A stretch of DNA of 64,000 bases, from NCBI GenBank assembly GCA_963775405.1, contig CAVZJI010000050.1, positions 8,748-72,747 on the forward strand. The letters run 5' to 3'. This document shows, piece by piece, positions 21,379 to 31,055 of this stretch. Positions within the stretch are counted from its first letter, which is position 1; each line of letters begins with the position of its first letter. The notes under the pieces are model-generated. The model was not told where the DNA came from. It did no database searches and was given only the letters and a program-made list of their open reading frames with translations. The position numbers and the translations under genes were made by a program. The DNA comes from an uncultured Alphaproteobacteria bacterium. GTDB taxonomy: Bacteria > Pseudomonadota > Alphaproteobacteria > Rhizobiales > Beijerinckiaceae.

Positions 21379-23007
21379 ATGATGACGTCGCTGAACGCCC
21401 GTCGTCTCGCTGCTCATCTCGGCGCCTTACGCGCGATCGGGGTTCTCGCCCTCATCGTGTTCGCCACCGCCGCCCGCGCCGACGCCGTCGACGACACGCT
21501 GGCGAAATTCCTCGACGACAAGTTTCCCCAAACCGCAGCCGCAATCGGCGAACTATCCGCCGAGGCGCCGCCGCAGGCCGCCGCCATTCTCGAGGCGCTC
21601 GGCGACAATCGCCTCATGATCGATCCAGCCGATCATATCGTCGCCTACAAGACCGCCGCCGGCGCGCTGCTCAACGCCAAGACCGGCGAGACCATTCCCG
21701 ATTCCAGCGCCTCCGCCTTCAAGAAGGTCCGCGTCAACAACGCGCTTCGAAGCGCCATCCAAGGCGCGATGGGATCGCTGACCCTCGCCAATCCCGATCC
21801 GGAAAAGCGCCTCGCCGCGGCCGAGGACGTATTCAGGACACACGACGCCAAGGCGTTGCCGGCGCTTCAAACGCAGCTCGCCAAGGAAAGCGACCCGCGC
21901 GTCGTCGCGGCATTGAAGCTCGCCCAAGCCTCGATCTTCGCCACCAGCGACAGCGCCTCACCGCAAGACCGTCTTTCGGCGATCGCGTCCCTGAAGGAGC
22001 GCGGCGATCAGGACGCGCAAAGCCTCATCGACGGGATCGCGCAGAAGGCCACGGATCCGGCGGTGAAGAGCGCAGCTGAGACCGCCCTAAGCGCGATCCA
22101 TGCGCGCCTCGCTCTGTGGGGCGTCGCGCAGAACCTCTGGTACGGTATTTCGGCCTCGTCCGTCCTGCTGCTGGCCGCGATCGGACTTGCGATCACCTTC
22201 GGCGTCATGGGCGTCATCAACATGGCGCATGGCGAGATGGTGATGCTCGGCGCCTATTCGACCTATGTCGTGCAGACGCTTCTGCCGCCTTCGTTGCAGA
22301 ATTGGTCGCTCGCTTTCGCCATTCCGCTCGCGTTTGTCGTTGCCGGCGTTGTCGGCATCGCGATCGAGCGTCTGGTGATCCGCTTTCTCTACACCCGCCC
22401 GCTCGAGACGCTGCTCGCCACCTGGGGCGTGTCGCTCATCCTGCAGCAGCTGGTCCGCAGCCTGTTCGGCGCCGCCAACCGCCAGGTCAGCAACCCTCCG
22501 TTCATGTCGGGCGCGTTCGAGATCGGCGGCCTGTCGATCACCACCAATCGGCTTTGGATCATCGTCCTCTCCGCGCTCGTCTTCATCGGGCTGCAGCTCG
22601 TTCTGCGCGCGACGCCTTTCGGTCTGCAGATGCGCGCGGTGACGCAGAACCGCCGCATGGCGGCGTCGATGGGCATTTCGACCGCGCGGGTCGACATGCT
22701 GGCCTTCGGGCTTGGATCGGGGGTCGCGGGGATTGCGGGCGTGGCGCTGTCGCAGATCGACAACGTCTCGCCGAACCTCGGCCAGGGCTACATCATCGAC
22801 AGCTTTATGGTCGTCGTGTTCGGCGGCGTCGGAAACTTATGGGGCACGGCCTTCGGCGCTCTCCTGATCGGACTCGCCAACAAGCTGCTCGAGCCGCTGA
22901 TCGGCGCGGTCCAGGGCCAGATCGTGCTTCTGGTCTTCATCATCCTCTTCATTCAGAGACGGCCGAGAGGGCTCTTTGCTCTGCGCGGGCGCGCGGTGGA
23001 AGCATGA
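21379..23007 (+). CDS. urtB: Urea ABC transporter permease UrtB (with N-terminal periplasmic extension)
   Basis: GLAITFGVMGVINMAHGE, RPLETLLATWG, YIIDSFMVVVFGG. Confidence 0.95.
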   Translation: MMTSLNARRLAAHLGALRAIGVLALIVFATAARADAVDDTLAKFLDDKFPQTAAAIGELSAEAPPQAAAILEALGDNRLMIDPADHIVAYKTAAGALLNAKTGETIPDSSASAFKKVRVNNALRSAIQGAMGSLTLANPDPEKRLAAAEDVFRTHDAKALPALQTQLAKESDPRVVAALKLAQASIFATSDSASPQDRLSAIASLKERGDQDAQSLIDGIAQKATDPAVKSAAETALSAIHARLALWGVAQNLWYGISASSVLLLAAIGLAITFGVMGVINMAHGEMVMLGAYSTYVVQTLLPPSLQNWSLAFAIPLAFVVAGVVGIAIERLVIRFLYTRPLETLLATWGVSLILQQLVRSLFGAANRQVSNPPFMSGAFEIGGLSITTNRLWIIVLSALVFIGLQLVLRATPFGLQMRAVTQNRRMAASMGISTARVDMLAFGLGSGVAGIAGVALSQIDNVSPNLGQGYIIDSFMVVVFGGVGNLWGTAFGALLIGLANKLLEPLIGAVQGQIVLLVFIILFIQRRPRGLFALRGRAVEA

Positions 23008-24137
23008 GCGCCCGGCTCGACCAGCTTGGCCTGGTTTTCATCGCGATCCTCATCGTCGCGGCGATCCTGGTGCCGGTGCTGTCGCTTGGGGTGTCGGCCA
23101 ATTCTCCCTTCTACCTGCCGCCCTATCTGGTGCAGTTGCTCGGCAAATATCTTTGTTACGCGATCCTCGCCGTCGCGCTCGATCTGGTCTGGGGCTATTG
23201 CGGCATTCTGTCGCTCGGCCATGGCGCGTTCTTCGCGCTGGGCGGCTATGCGATGGGCATGTATCTGATGCGGCAGATCGGGACGCGCGGCGTCTACGCC
23301 AATCCGATCCTGCCGGACTTCATGGTGTTCCTGAACTGGAAGGAGCTGCCGGTCGCCTGGTGGGGATTCAATTGGTTTCCTTACGCGATGGCGATGGTGG
23401 TGCTGGTTCCCGGCCTCCTGGCGCTCGCCTTCGGCTGGTTCGCGTTCCGCTCGCGCGTGACCGGCGTCTATCTCTCGATCATCACCCAGGCGATGACCTT
23501 CGCTTTGTTCAAGGAGTTCTTCCGCAACGATTTCGGCTTCGGCGGCAACAACGGCCTGACCGACTTCAAGGACCTGCTTGGCTTTTCGCTTCAATCCGCC
23601 TCGACGAAGGCCGCGCTGTTCTCGGCCAGCGCCATCGTGCTCATCCTCGCCTACGTGGTCTCGCGCGCGATCATCGGCTCGAAATACGGCAAGGCGCTGG
23701 TCGCGGTGCGCGACGCCGAGAGCCGCATGCGCTTTCTCGGCTATCGGGTCGCGAACTATAAGCTGTTCGTCTTCGTCGTTTCGGCAATCATCGCCGGCAT
23801 CGCCGGCGCGCTCTACGTGCCGCAGGTCGGCATCATCAATCCGAGCGAATTCGCGCCGGGGAACTCGATCGAAGCGGCGATCTGGGTCGCGGTCGGCGGC
23901 CGCGGAACGCTGATCGGCGCGGCGATCGGCGCGATCGCCGTCAACTTCGCCAAGACCTTTTTCACCGGCGCTTTCCCCGAATATTGGCTCTATGGTCTCG
24001 GCCTTCTGTTCGTTCTGACCACCCTGTTCCTGCCCAAGGGCCTGCTCGGATTGGCGCTCAAGGGCCGCGAGCGGACCGCAAGCGCGCCCAAGGTCGTGCC
24101 AGTCGCCGAGGCGATCGAGGAAGGCGTCGAACCGTGA
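23004..24137 (+). CDS. urtC: Urea ABC transporter permease UrtC
   Basis: LDLVWGYCGILSLGHG, LPDFMVFL, FGGNNGLTDF. Confidence 0.95.
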   Translation: MSARLDQLGLVFIAILIVAAILVPVLSLGVSANSPFYLPPYLVQLLGKYLCYAILAVALDLVWGYCGILSLGHGAFFALGGYAMGMYLMRQIGTRGVYANPILPDFMVFLNWKELPVAWWGFNWFPYAMAMVVLVPGLLALAFGWFAFRSRVTGVYLSIITQAMTFALFKEFFRNDFGFGGNNGLTDFKDLLGFSLQSASTKAALFSASAIVLILAYVVSRAIIGSKYGKALVAVRDAESRMRFLGYRVANYKLFVFVVSAIIAGIAGALYVPQVGIINPSEFAPGNSIEAAIWVAVGGRGTLIGAAIGAIAVNFAKTFFTGAFPEYWLYGLGLLFVLTTLFLPKGLLGLALKGRERTASAPKVVPVAEAIEEGVEP

Positions 24138-24912
24138 GCCTCGCACCGAAGACGCGATCCAATCCGACCCTCACCTCAGTCGCTCCTTTATCTCGACGGA
24201 GTCAGCGTCTCGTTCGACGGCTATAAGGCGTTGCGCAGCCTGTCGCTGATGCTCCAGCCGGGTGAGATGCGAGCGATCATCGGCCCCAACGGCGCCGGCA
24301 AGACGACGATGATGGACGTCATCACCGGCAAGACGCGTCCCGACGAAGGCGAGGTGATGTTCGACGGGCGCCATGATCTGACGAAGCTCGACGAAGCCGA
24401 GATCGCGACGCTTGGGGTCGGGCCGCAAGTTCCAGAAGCCGACCGTGTTCGAGAACCACACGGTCGAAGACAATCTCCTGCTCGCGACCAAGGCGCCGCG
24501 CAGCGTGCGCGCCACGCTGTTCGGACGCGAAGACCCGAAAACGCTGGAGACGATCGACGTCATCCTCGCCACCACCCGGCTTGCCGATCATCGCGCGCGC
24601 ATCGCCGGATCGCTGTCGCACGGGCAGAAGCAATGGCTCGAGATCGGCATGCTGCTGGCGCAGGACCCGAAGCTCCTGCTCGTCGACGAACCGGTCGCGG
24701 GCATGACCGACGCCGAGACCGCGGCGACCGCCGATCTCTTGCGCGAAATCGCGCGCGATCATTCGGTGATCGTGGTCGAGCACGACATGCATTTCGTGCG
24801 CGAGCTCGGCGTCAAGGTGACGTGCCTTCACGAGGGCTCGGTGCTGGCCGAGGGCACGCTCGACCAGGTGAGCGCCGATCCGCGCGTCGTCGAAGTCTAT
24901 CTGGGGCGGTGA
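24134..24912 (+). CDS. urtD: Urea ABC transporter ATPase UrtD (frameshifts near 24173 and 24420)
   Basis: GPNGAGKTT, RKFQKPTVFE, LSHGQKQWLEIGM. Confidence 0.92.
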
Positions 24913-24916
24913 ACGC

Positions 24917-25613
24917 ATGCTGACCGTCGACAGAGTCGATCTTTTCTACGGCGCGGCGCAGGCGTTGCGGTCCGTGTCGGTCAAGGCGCAGACCGGGCGC
25001 ATTCTGACCGTTCTCGGCCGCAACGGCGTCGGCAAGTCGTCGCTGTCTGCGCGCCATCGTCGGGCAGCACATGCCCGCGTCCGGCTCGATCCGCTGGAAC
25101 GACCAGGACATGACGAAGATGACGCCGTACCTGCGGGCCAAGGCCGGCTTCGGCTATGTCCCGCAGGGGCGCGAGATTTTTCCGCTTCTGACCGTGCGCG
25201 AGAACCTCATGACCGGCTACGCCACCCGGCCGCGAGCCGAGCGGGCGATCGACGACGAGATTTTTGCGCTCTTTCCCGTGCTCAACGACATGCTGGGGCG
25301 CCGGGGCGGCGACCTTTCGGGCGGCCAGCAGCAGCAGCTCGCCATCGCCCGCGCGCTGGTGACGAAGCCAAAACTTCTCGTCCTCGACGAGCCGACCGAG
25401 GGCATCCAGCCGTCGATCATCAAGGACATCGGCCGCGCGCTCGTGCATCTACGCCGCAAGGGCGAGATGGCGATCCTCGTCGTCGAGCAATATTTCGAAT
25501 GGGCGCGCGACATCTGCGACGACTACGCGGTGATGGACCGCGGCGTCGTCGTGCTCGCCGGCACGCGTGAGCAGATGGACGAGACCGCAGTGCGCGCGCG
25601 CATGACGGTGTAA
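24917..25613 (+). CDS. urtE: Urea ABC transporter ATPase UrtE (frameshift near 25046)
   Basis: GRNGVGKSS, VPQGREIF, LSGGQQQQL, DEPTEGIQPS. Confidence 0.92.
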
Positions 25614-25632
25614 AGCCGGGGCCATCCCGCTT

Positions 25633-27234
25633 TCAGTGCGCGGCCTGCGCCGGGACCTTCGCGGGGCCGACGTTGCGCAGGAAAGGGACCAGCATCGTCG
25701 CAAAGATGAAGCAGACCATGATGGCGAGAAAGGCGTCGGCGTAAGCGAGCGTCGAGGCCTCGCGGTAGGTGAGCGGCCAGAGCTGCTTGAGCGCCGCTTG
25801 GTACCCCGCTTGCTGGCTTCCTGGGATCGCCGCGTAGCGCTGCGCGACCTCGTTCACGAGCCTGGTCATGGCGCCATTGGCCGGCGTCAGGTTCGACGCG
25901 ATCGCATGGAAATGGAAATTGGTGCGGTTGTTGAGGACCGCGCCGCAGACCGCGATGCCGACCGCGCCGCCGAGGTTGCGCATCATATTGAACAAGCCGC
26001 TCGCATATTTGAGCCGTTCCGGCGGCAGGCTGCCGAGGCCGAGATTGACGCTCGGGGCGACCGCAAACACCTGTGGAAAGCCGCGCAAGATCTGCGGCAG
26101 GAAAAGCTCGGCCGCGCCCCATTCATGGGTGATGAAGCTGAAGCTCCACATCGAGAGACCAAACGACGCGAGACCGATCATCATGAGCCAGCGCGTGTCG
26201 AATCTTTTCGCGAGCATGACGTAGACCGGCACGCCGACAAGGGACGCCATGCCAGTCGAGAAAACGGCCATGCCCGTCTGCCAGGCGCTGAACCCGCGCA
26301 CGTAGCCGAGAAACAGCGGCGTGAGGTAGATGGTCGAGAAGATGCCGATGCCGGTGATGAACGAGAGGATGCAGCCGAGGGTGAAGTTGCGGTTTCCGAG
26401 CGCGCGAAGGTCGACCACGGGCCGCGGAAAGGTGAGGCTGCGGACGACGAACAGGAAGCCCGCGACTGCGGCGATCATCGCGCAATCGCGGATGGTCGCG
26501 TCGTCGAACCAGTTCCAGCGCGAACCTTCCTCGAGCACGTATTCCAAGGTTCCAAGCGTCATCGCCAAGAGGATGATGCCGGGATAGTCGGCGCCCTTGA
26601 GCAGCGAGAGATCGGGCTCGTCGATCTTTACGAGAATCGGGACCAGGATCGATATGGCGATGCCGGGAATGAGGTTGGCGTAGAAAAGCCAGCGCCAGTC
26701 GAGCGTGTCGGTGATGAAGCCGCCGATCACGGGTCCGAGCGTCGGCGCGACCGACGCGATGGCGCCGACTACGGCGGCGGAATAGACGCGCCGCGGCCCC
26801 TGGAAATAATGGAAGGTCGAGGTGAACACGATCGGGATCATCGACGCGCCCAGCATTCCCTGAAGCGCGCGGAATACGATCATGCTTTCGATGTTCCAGG
26901 CGAGCCCGCAGAGCATGCTCGCGATGGTGAAGCCGACGGAAGAGGCGGTGAACAGCCAGCGGGTCGAGAAGACGCGCGTCAGCCAACCCGACAGCGGGAT
27001 CATGATGATCTCGGCGATGAGATAGGCGGTCTGCACCCAGCTGATCTGGTCCTGGGCGGCAGACAGGCCGCCGCCGATGTCCTGGAGAGATGAGGCGACG
27101 ATCTGGATGTCGAGGAGCGCGATGAACATGCCCACGCACATCACCACGAACGGCCCGAGGCTCCACACCCAGCTCCGCTCAGAAGCCGCCGCGACCGACG
27201 GCGCGGCCGTCGAGGGGACGGCCGCGGCGGTCAC
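25633..27234 (-). CDS. DHA2 (EmrB/QacA) MFS efflux permease
   Basis: LDIQIVASSL, WVQTAYLIAEII, RNLGGAVG; about 14 TM segments. Confidence 0.92.
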   Translation of the reverse strand: MTAAAVPSTAAPSVAAASERSWVWSLGPFVVMCVGMFIALLDIQIVASSLQDIGGGLSAAQDQISWVQTAYLIAEIIMIPLSGWLTRVFSTRWLFTASSVGFTIASMLCGLAWNIESMIVFRALQGMLGASMIPIVFTSTFHYFQGPRRVYSAAVVGAIASVAPTLGPVIGGFITDTLDWRWLFYANLIPGIAISILVPILVKIDEPDLSLLKGADYPGIILLAMTLGTLEYVLEEGSRWNWFDDATIRDCAMIAAVAGFLFVVRSLTFPRPVVDLRALGNRNFTLGCILSFITGIGIFSTIYLTPLFLGYVRGFSAWQTGMAVFSTGMASLVGVPVYVMLAKRFDTRWLMMIGLASFGLSMWSFSFITHEWGAAELFLPQILRGFPQVFAVAPSVNLGLGSLPPERLKYASGLFNMMRNLGGAVGIAVCGAVLNNRTNFHFHAIASNLTPANGAMTRLVNEVAQRYAAIPGSQQAGYQAALKQLWPLTYREASTLAYADAFLAIMVCFIFATMLVPFLRNVGPAKVPAQAAH

Positions 27235-28331
27235 GGTGCGTCCCCTGAGGACGATCGCGTGTCGACGCCGACATTGGCCGAGAGGCCCGGCCTGAGACCA
27301 CGCAGCATCGGATCGTCGTCGAGCTTGATGCGAACAGGAACGCGCTGAACGATCTTGGTGAAGTTGCCGGTGGCGTTTTCCGGTGGGATCACGCTGAAGA
27401 CAGCGCCCGTCGCGGGCGCCATTGTGAGGACATGGCCGCGAAAGACGTGGTTCGGCAGAACATCAGCGACGACTGTCGCCGCTTGTCCCGGACTCATATG
27501 CTCAAGCTGGCTTTCCTTGAAGTTGGCGTCGACCCAAAGGTCATGCGACGGGATGATTGTGACGAGATAGGCGCCGCCAGCGACATAGGCGCCGACTTGG
27601 GCGGCGCGATTGCCGACATAGCCGTCGATCGGCGAGCGAATATCGGTGTAGCCGAGATTCAGCTCGGCTGTATGCTGATCGGCCTCGGCCTGGGTGACGT
27701 CAGCCTTGGCGACCGCGATCTCCGCGTCCAGAACCGTCAGCTGTTGCTTCGCGGCGTCGAGCCCGGCCTCGGACGAAATCACGCTGGCTTCAGCCGCCAG
27801 GTCGAGCGACGACGCGCGCTCGGCGTTTTGCCGCGATCCGGCGGCGGTCTGCGCAAGGTCGCGGTACCTTTGGTCGTCTTGCTTGGCGAAAGCCGCTTGC
27901 GCATTCTTCGCGTCGAGATCCGCCTTTGCTTGGCGGATCGTTGTTTGTTGCATCGTCTGTTTGCGCTCGAGACTGTCGAGGGTCGCCTTGCGCGCCTCGA
28001 CAATTGCGGCCGCGCGGTCGGCGGCGGCGCGAAAGTCACGGTCGTCGAGACGGATCAGCGGCTGTCCTGCGCGCACATATTCGTTGTCGCCAACGAGGAT
28101 TTCAGCCACGAAGCCGGCAACATGCGGCGATATCGGGGTGACATTGCCGCCGGCATAGGCGTCGTCGGTGCTCTCGATGAAGCGCCCCACGGTCCAATAC
28201 TCATACCCGTACCGCGCCCCGACGAAGGCGATGACGCCTCCAAGCGTCGCGTAGGCCAGCCACTTGAGCCGCGCTCTTGTCAGGAGGCCAGTTGGGGCTG
28301 CCTGGGTATGTTCGCCGGCGATGGCGCTCAT
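27231..28331 (-). CDS. HlyD/EmrA membrane fusion protein
   Basis: STDDAY, ANFKESQL, PPENATGNFTKIVQRVPV. Confidence 0.95.
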   Translation of the reverse strand: MSAIAGEHTQAAPTGLLTRARLKWLAYATLGGVIAFVGARYGYEYWTVGRFIESTDDAYAGGNVTPISPHVAGFVAEILVGDNEYVRAGQPLIRLDDRDFRAAADRAAAIVEARKATLDSLERKQTMQQTTIRQAKADLDAKNAQAAFAKQDDQRYRDLAQTAAGSRQNAERASSLDLAAEASVISSEAGLDAAKQQLTVLDAEIAVAKADVTQAEADQHTAELNLGYTDIRSPIDGYVGNRAAQVGAYVAGGAYLVTIIPSHDLWVDANFKESQLEHMSPGQAATVVADVLPNHVFRGHVLTMAPATGAVFSVIPPENATGNFTKIVQRVPVRIKLDDDPMLRGLRPGLSANVGVDTRSSSGDAP

Positions 28332-28376
28332 CGCGATCTCCTGTGTTCGTGTCTCTTTGCCGCGGAGCCAAGAAGA

Positions 28377-28388
28377 GCGTATATACGC
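28377..28388. promoter_or_regulatory. Putative MarR operator palindrome upstream of the efflux genes
   Basis: GCGTATATACGC perfect palindrome; variants at 28937 and 28957. Confidence 0.7.
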
Positions 28389-28449
28389 CTATATGACCCA
28401 ATGAATTGAAGCTGAGCCGGATCGGCCCCGTCCTTGCAGATCATGGCGT

Positions 28450-28911
28450 TCAGCCGGCCGCAGCGGCTTCTATCGGTAGGTCGGTCGCCGAAACCTCGTG
28501 CAGCAGGGCGCGCAGACCAATTGTTCGCTCATCGCCGAAGGCGCTCGCAAACTCTCGTTGCGCGTCCTTCCAGCCCTGGAACCCGGCCCGCAATCGTTCG
28601 AGGCCGGCGTCCGTCAATCGCAGCTCCTTGCTGCGACGGTCCGTGCGGCCCGGCTTGATGCTGATCAGGCCGTCGCGCTCGAGCGGCAGGATGTTTCGGC
28701 CAAGCGTGGTGCGGTCCATCACCATTTCCTCGGCCAGCGCGTTGATGGTCATCACCCCATGTCGCCGTAGCCTGGCGAGAATGGAAAACTGGGTCGTTCG
28801 CAGGCCGGCCGAGGCGAGATGCCGATCATAGAACTGGGTTACATGCCGCGCGGCCTGGCGGACGGCGAGACACGTGCACTCCTCGAGCGGCGGCAGCTTA
28901 TCGGTCGACAT
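28450..28911 (-). CDS. MarR-family regulator
   Basis: CTCLAVRQAAR, MDRTTLGRN..PLERDG, DRR....LT. Confidence 0.92.
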   Translation of the reverse strand: MSTDKLPPLEECTCLAVRQAARHVTQFYDRHLASAGLRTTQFSILARLRRHGVMTINALAEEMVMDRTTLGRNILPLERDGLISIKPGRTDRRSKELRLTDAGLERLRAGFQGWKDAQREFASAFGDERTIGLRALLHEVSATDLPIEAAAAG

Positions 28912-28924
28912 TTCCAACTCCCGT

Positions 28925-28980
28925 CCTTGACATTAGGAGCATATACGCCTAGTTAAGCGCATATACGCATAATGTCAAGG
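28925..28980. promoter_or_regulatory. Symmetric divergent promoter with two MarR-like operators
   Basis: CCTTGACATTA...TAATGTCAAGG inverted repeat (TTGACA on both strands) enclosing GAGCATATACGC and GCGCATATACGC. Confidence 0.75.
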
Positions 28981-29001
28981 CCCAACAGGAGCTTCCCCCA
29001 A

Positions 29002-29817
29002 ATGACCCAATCCCTCGGCACGGCCCTTGTTACCGGAGCCTCGTCCGGCATCGGCGCGGTTTACGCCGACCGGCTGGCGAAGCGCGGCTATGACCTGATC
29101 CTCGTGGCGCGCAGCGGCGAGAAACTGAAGTCCCTAGCCACGCGACTAACGTCGGAGACGGGTCGCGCCGTCAAAGTGATCCCCACCGACCTCGGCGACA
29201 AAGCGGCGCTTAAGAAAGTCGAAGCAGTGCTCCGCGATGACAAGAGCATCACCCTGCTCGTCAACAACGCCGGAACGGGCGCCCTCACGCCGCTCGTGGA
29301 CTTAAATGTCGACCAGATGGAGGCGATGATCGCGCTGAACGTCACGGCGCTCACGCGTCTGACTTATGCCGCAGCGCCCGCTTTCGTTGCCCGCGGCTCG
29401 GGCACGATCATCAACATCGGGTCTGTCGTCGGCATTGCGCCCGAAAGGCTCAACGGCGTCTATGGCGCGGGCAAGGCCTATGTCCTCGCGCTCACTCATT
29501 CGCTGCAACACGAACTCGCCGAAAAGGGTGTCCGCGTCCAGGCGGTGCTGCCCGCGGCGACCGCGACAGACATCTGGGAAAAGGGCGGCTTTCACCACTC
29601 GAAACTGCCTACTGGCACTGTGATGTCGACTGAGGACATGGTCGACGCCGCTTTGGTCGGGCTTGACCAGGGCGAAGTGGTGACGATCCCGCCGCTTCAG
29701 GATGGCGACGATTGGACCCGCTTCAATGCGGCGCGGCTTGCGCTCGCGCCGAAGTTTGGCAATTCCGCTCCGGCGCCGAGATACCGGAACGCCGAATCCG
29801 CGCGGAAGATTGCCTAA
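29002..29817 (+). CDS. SDR oxidoreductase
   Basis: TGASSGIG, NNAG, YGAGK. Confidence 0.9.
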   Translation: MTQSLGTALVTGASSGIGAVYADRLAKRGYDLILVARSGEKLKSLATRLTSETGRAVKVIPTDLGDKAALKKVEAVLRDDKSITLLVNNAGTGALTPLVDLNVDQMEAMIALNVTALTRLTYAAAPAFVARGSGTIINIGSVVGIAPERLNGVYGAGKAYVLALTHSLQHELAEKGVRVQAVLPAATATDIWEKGGFHHSKLPTGTVMSTEDMVDAALVGLDQGEVVTIPPLQDGDDWTRFNAARLALAPKFGNSAPAPRYRNAESARKIA

Positions 29818-29846
29818 CGCCGAGCACGACATTCGAGGATCGAGCT

Positions 29847-31034
29847 ATGACGTCACGTTCAGTGGTGATTGCAGAACCCGTCCGCACGGCGATCGGCGCC
29901 TTTGGCGGAAGCTTGAAGGATATGCCGGCGCCGGATCTTGGCGCCGTCGCGATCCGCGCCGCGGTCGAGCGGTCGGGCCTCAAGCCCGATGAGATCGAGA
30001 CCGTGGCGATGGGCAATGTCATTCAGGCGGGGACGAAGATGAATCCCGCCCGCCAGGCGGCGGTCCAGGCTGGCCTGCCGGTGACAGTCCCCGCCATGAC
30101 GGTGAACCGAGTCTGTGGCTCCGAGGCGCAAGCGATTGTGTCCGCAGCGCAGGAGATTCTTTTAGGCAACGCCCATGCCGCCGTTGCGGGCGGCATGGAG
30201 AGCATGGATCAGGCGCCTTACCTCGTCGGCCGGGGTCGATGGGGTTATCGCCTGGGAGACGGACAGCTTTACGACAGCGTGCTTCGCGATGGGCTCAACG
30301 ACGCCTTCTCAGGCGAACACTCAGGCTGGCATACCGAGGACCTGGTCGAGAAATATCAGGTCACGCGCGAAGCCCAGGACCAATGGGCTTTGCGCTCGCA
30401 AGAGCGCTTCGCGCGCGCCCAAAGCGCCGGGCATTTCAAGATGCAGATCGCGGCGGTCCAGGTCCCCGGCAAGAAGGGGCCCACCCCATTCGATCAGGAC
30501 GAAGCGAATCGACCCGACACCACGATCGAGGCGCTTGCGCGCTTGAAGCCGGTGTTTCGCCCGGATGGCGCAATCACCGCCGGGAACGCGCCGGGACTGA
30601 ACGACGCGGCCGCCGCCATGGCGCTCGCGGATGAGGCCTGGGCGGAGAAGCGCGGCCTTAAGCCGACCGCGCGGCTGGTCGCCTACGGCATTGCCGCGGT
30701 CGAGCCCGGCATGTTCGGACTGGGGCCGGTGCCTGCCGTGAAGCAGGCGTTGCAGCGCGCCGGATGGGAGATCGGCTCTATCGAGCGGGCGGAGATCAAT
30801 GAGGCGTTTGCGGCGATCGCCATCGTCGTCGCGCGCGAGCTCGGATTGTCCGACGAGATCGTCAATGTCGAAGGCGGCGCCGTCGCGCACGGCCACCCGA
30901 TCGGCGCGACCGGCGCGGTGCTGACCACGAAGCTCATCCACTCGATGCGCCGCGACGGTCTGAAGCGCGGCTTGGTCACTTTGTGCATCGGGGGCGGCCA
31001 GGGCATCGCGCTTGCGATCGAAACGCTGCACTGA
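29847..31034 (+). CDS. Acetyl-CoA C-acyltransferase (thiolase)
   Basis: NRVCGS, NEAF, GHPIGATG, CIGGGQG. Confidence 0.95.
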   Translation: MTSRSVVIAEPVRTAIGAFGGSLKDMPAPDLGAVAIRAAVERSGLKPDEIETVAMGNVIQAGTKMNPARQAAVQAGLPVTVPAMTVNRVCGSEAQAIVSAAQEILLGNAHAAVAGGMESMDQAPYLVGRGRWGYRLGDGQLYDSVLRDGLNDAFSGEHSGWHTEDLVEKYQVTREAQDQWALRSQERFARAQSAGHFKMQIAAVQVPGKKGPTPFDQDEANRPDTTIEALARLKPVFRPDGAITAGNAPGLNDAAAAMALADEAWAEKRGLKPTARLVAYGIAAVEPGMFGLGPVPAVKQALQRAGWEIGSIERAEINEAFAAIAIVVARELGLSDEIVNVEGGAVAHGHPIGATGAVLTTKLIHSMRRDGLKRGLVTLCIGGGQGIALAIETLH

Positions 31035-31055
31035 GCCGTTTGCAGCCTGTAGAGA

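Noticed and set aside
11944-25613. Programmed frameshifting or phase variation in kdp/urt
   Set aside because: Shift sites lack slippery heptamers or long homopolymers; sequencing error is simpler
12905-27093. Long antisense ORFs (e.g. 13573-14856, 22953-24146, 25636-27093)
   Set aside because: Shadow frames of high-GC genes
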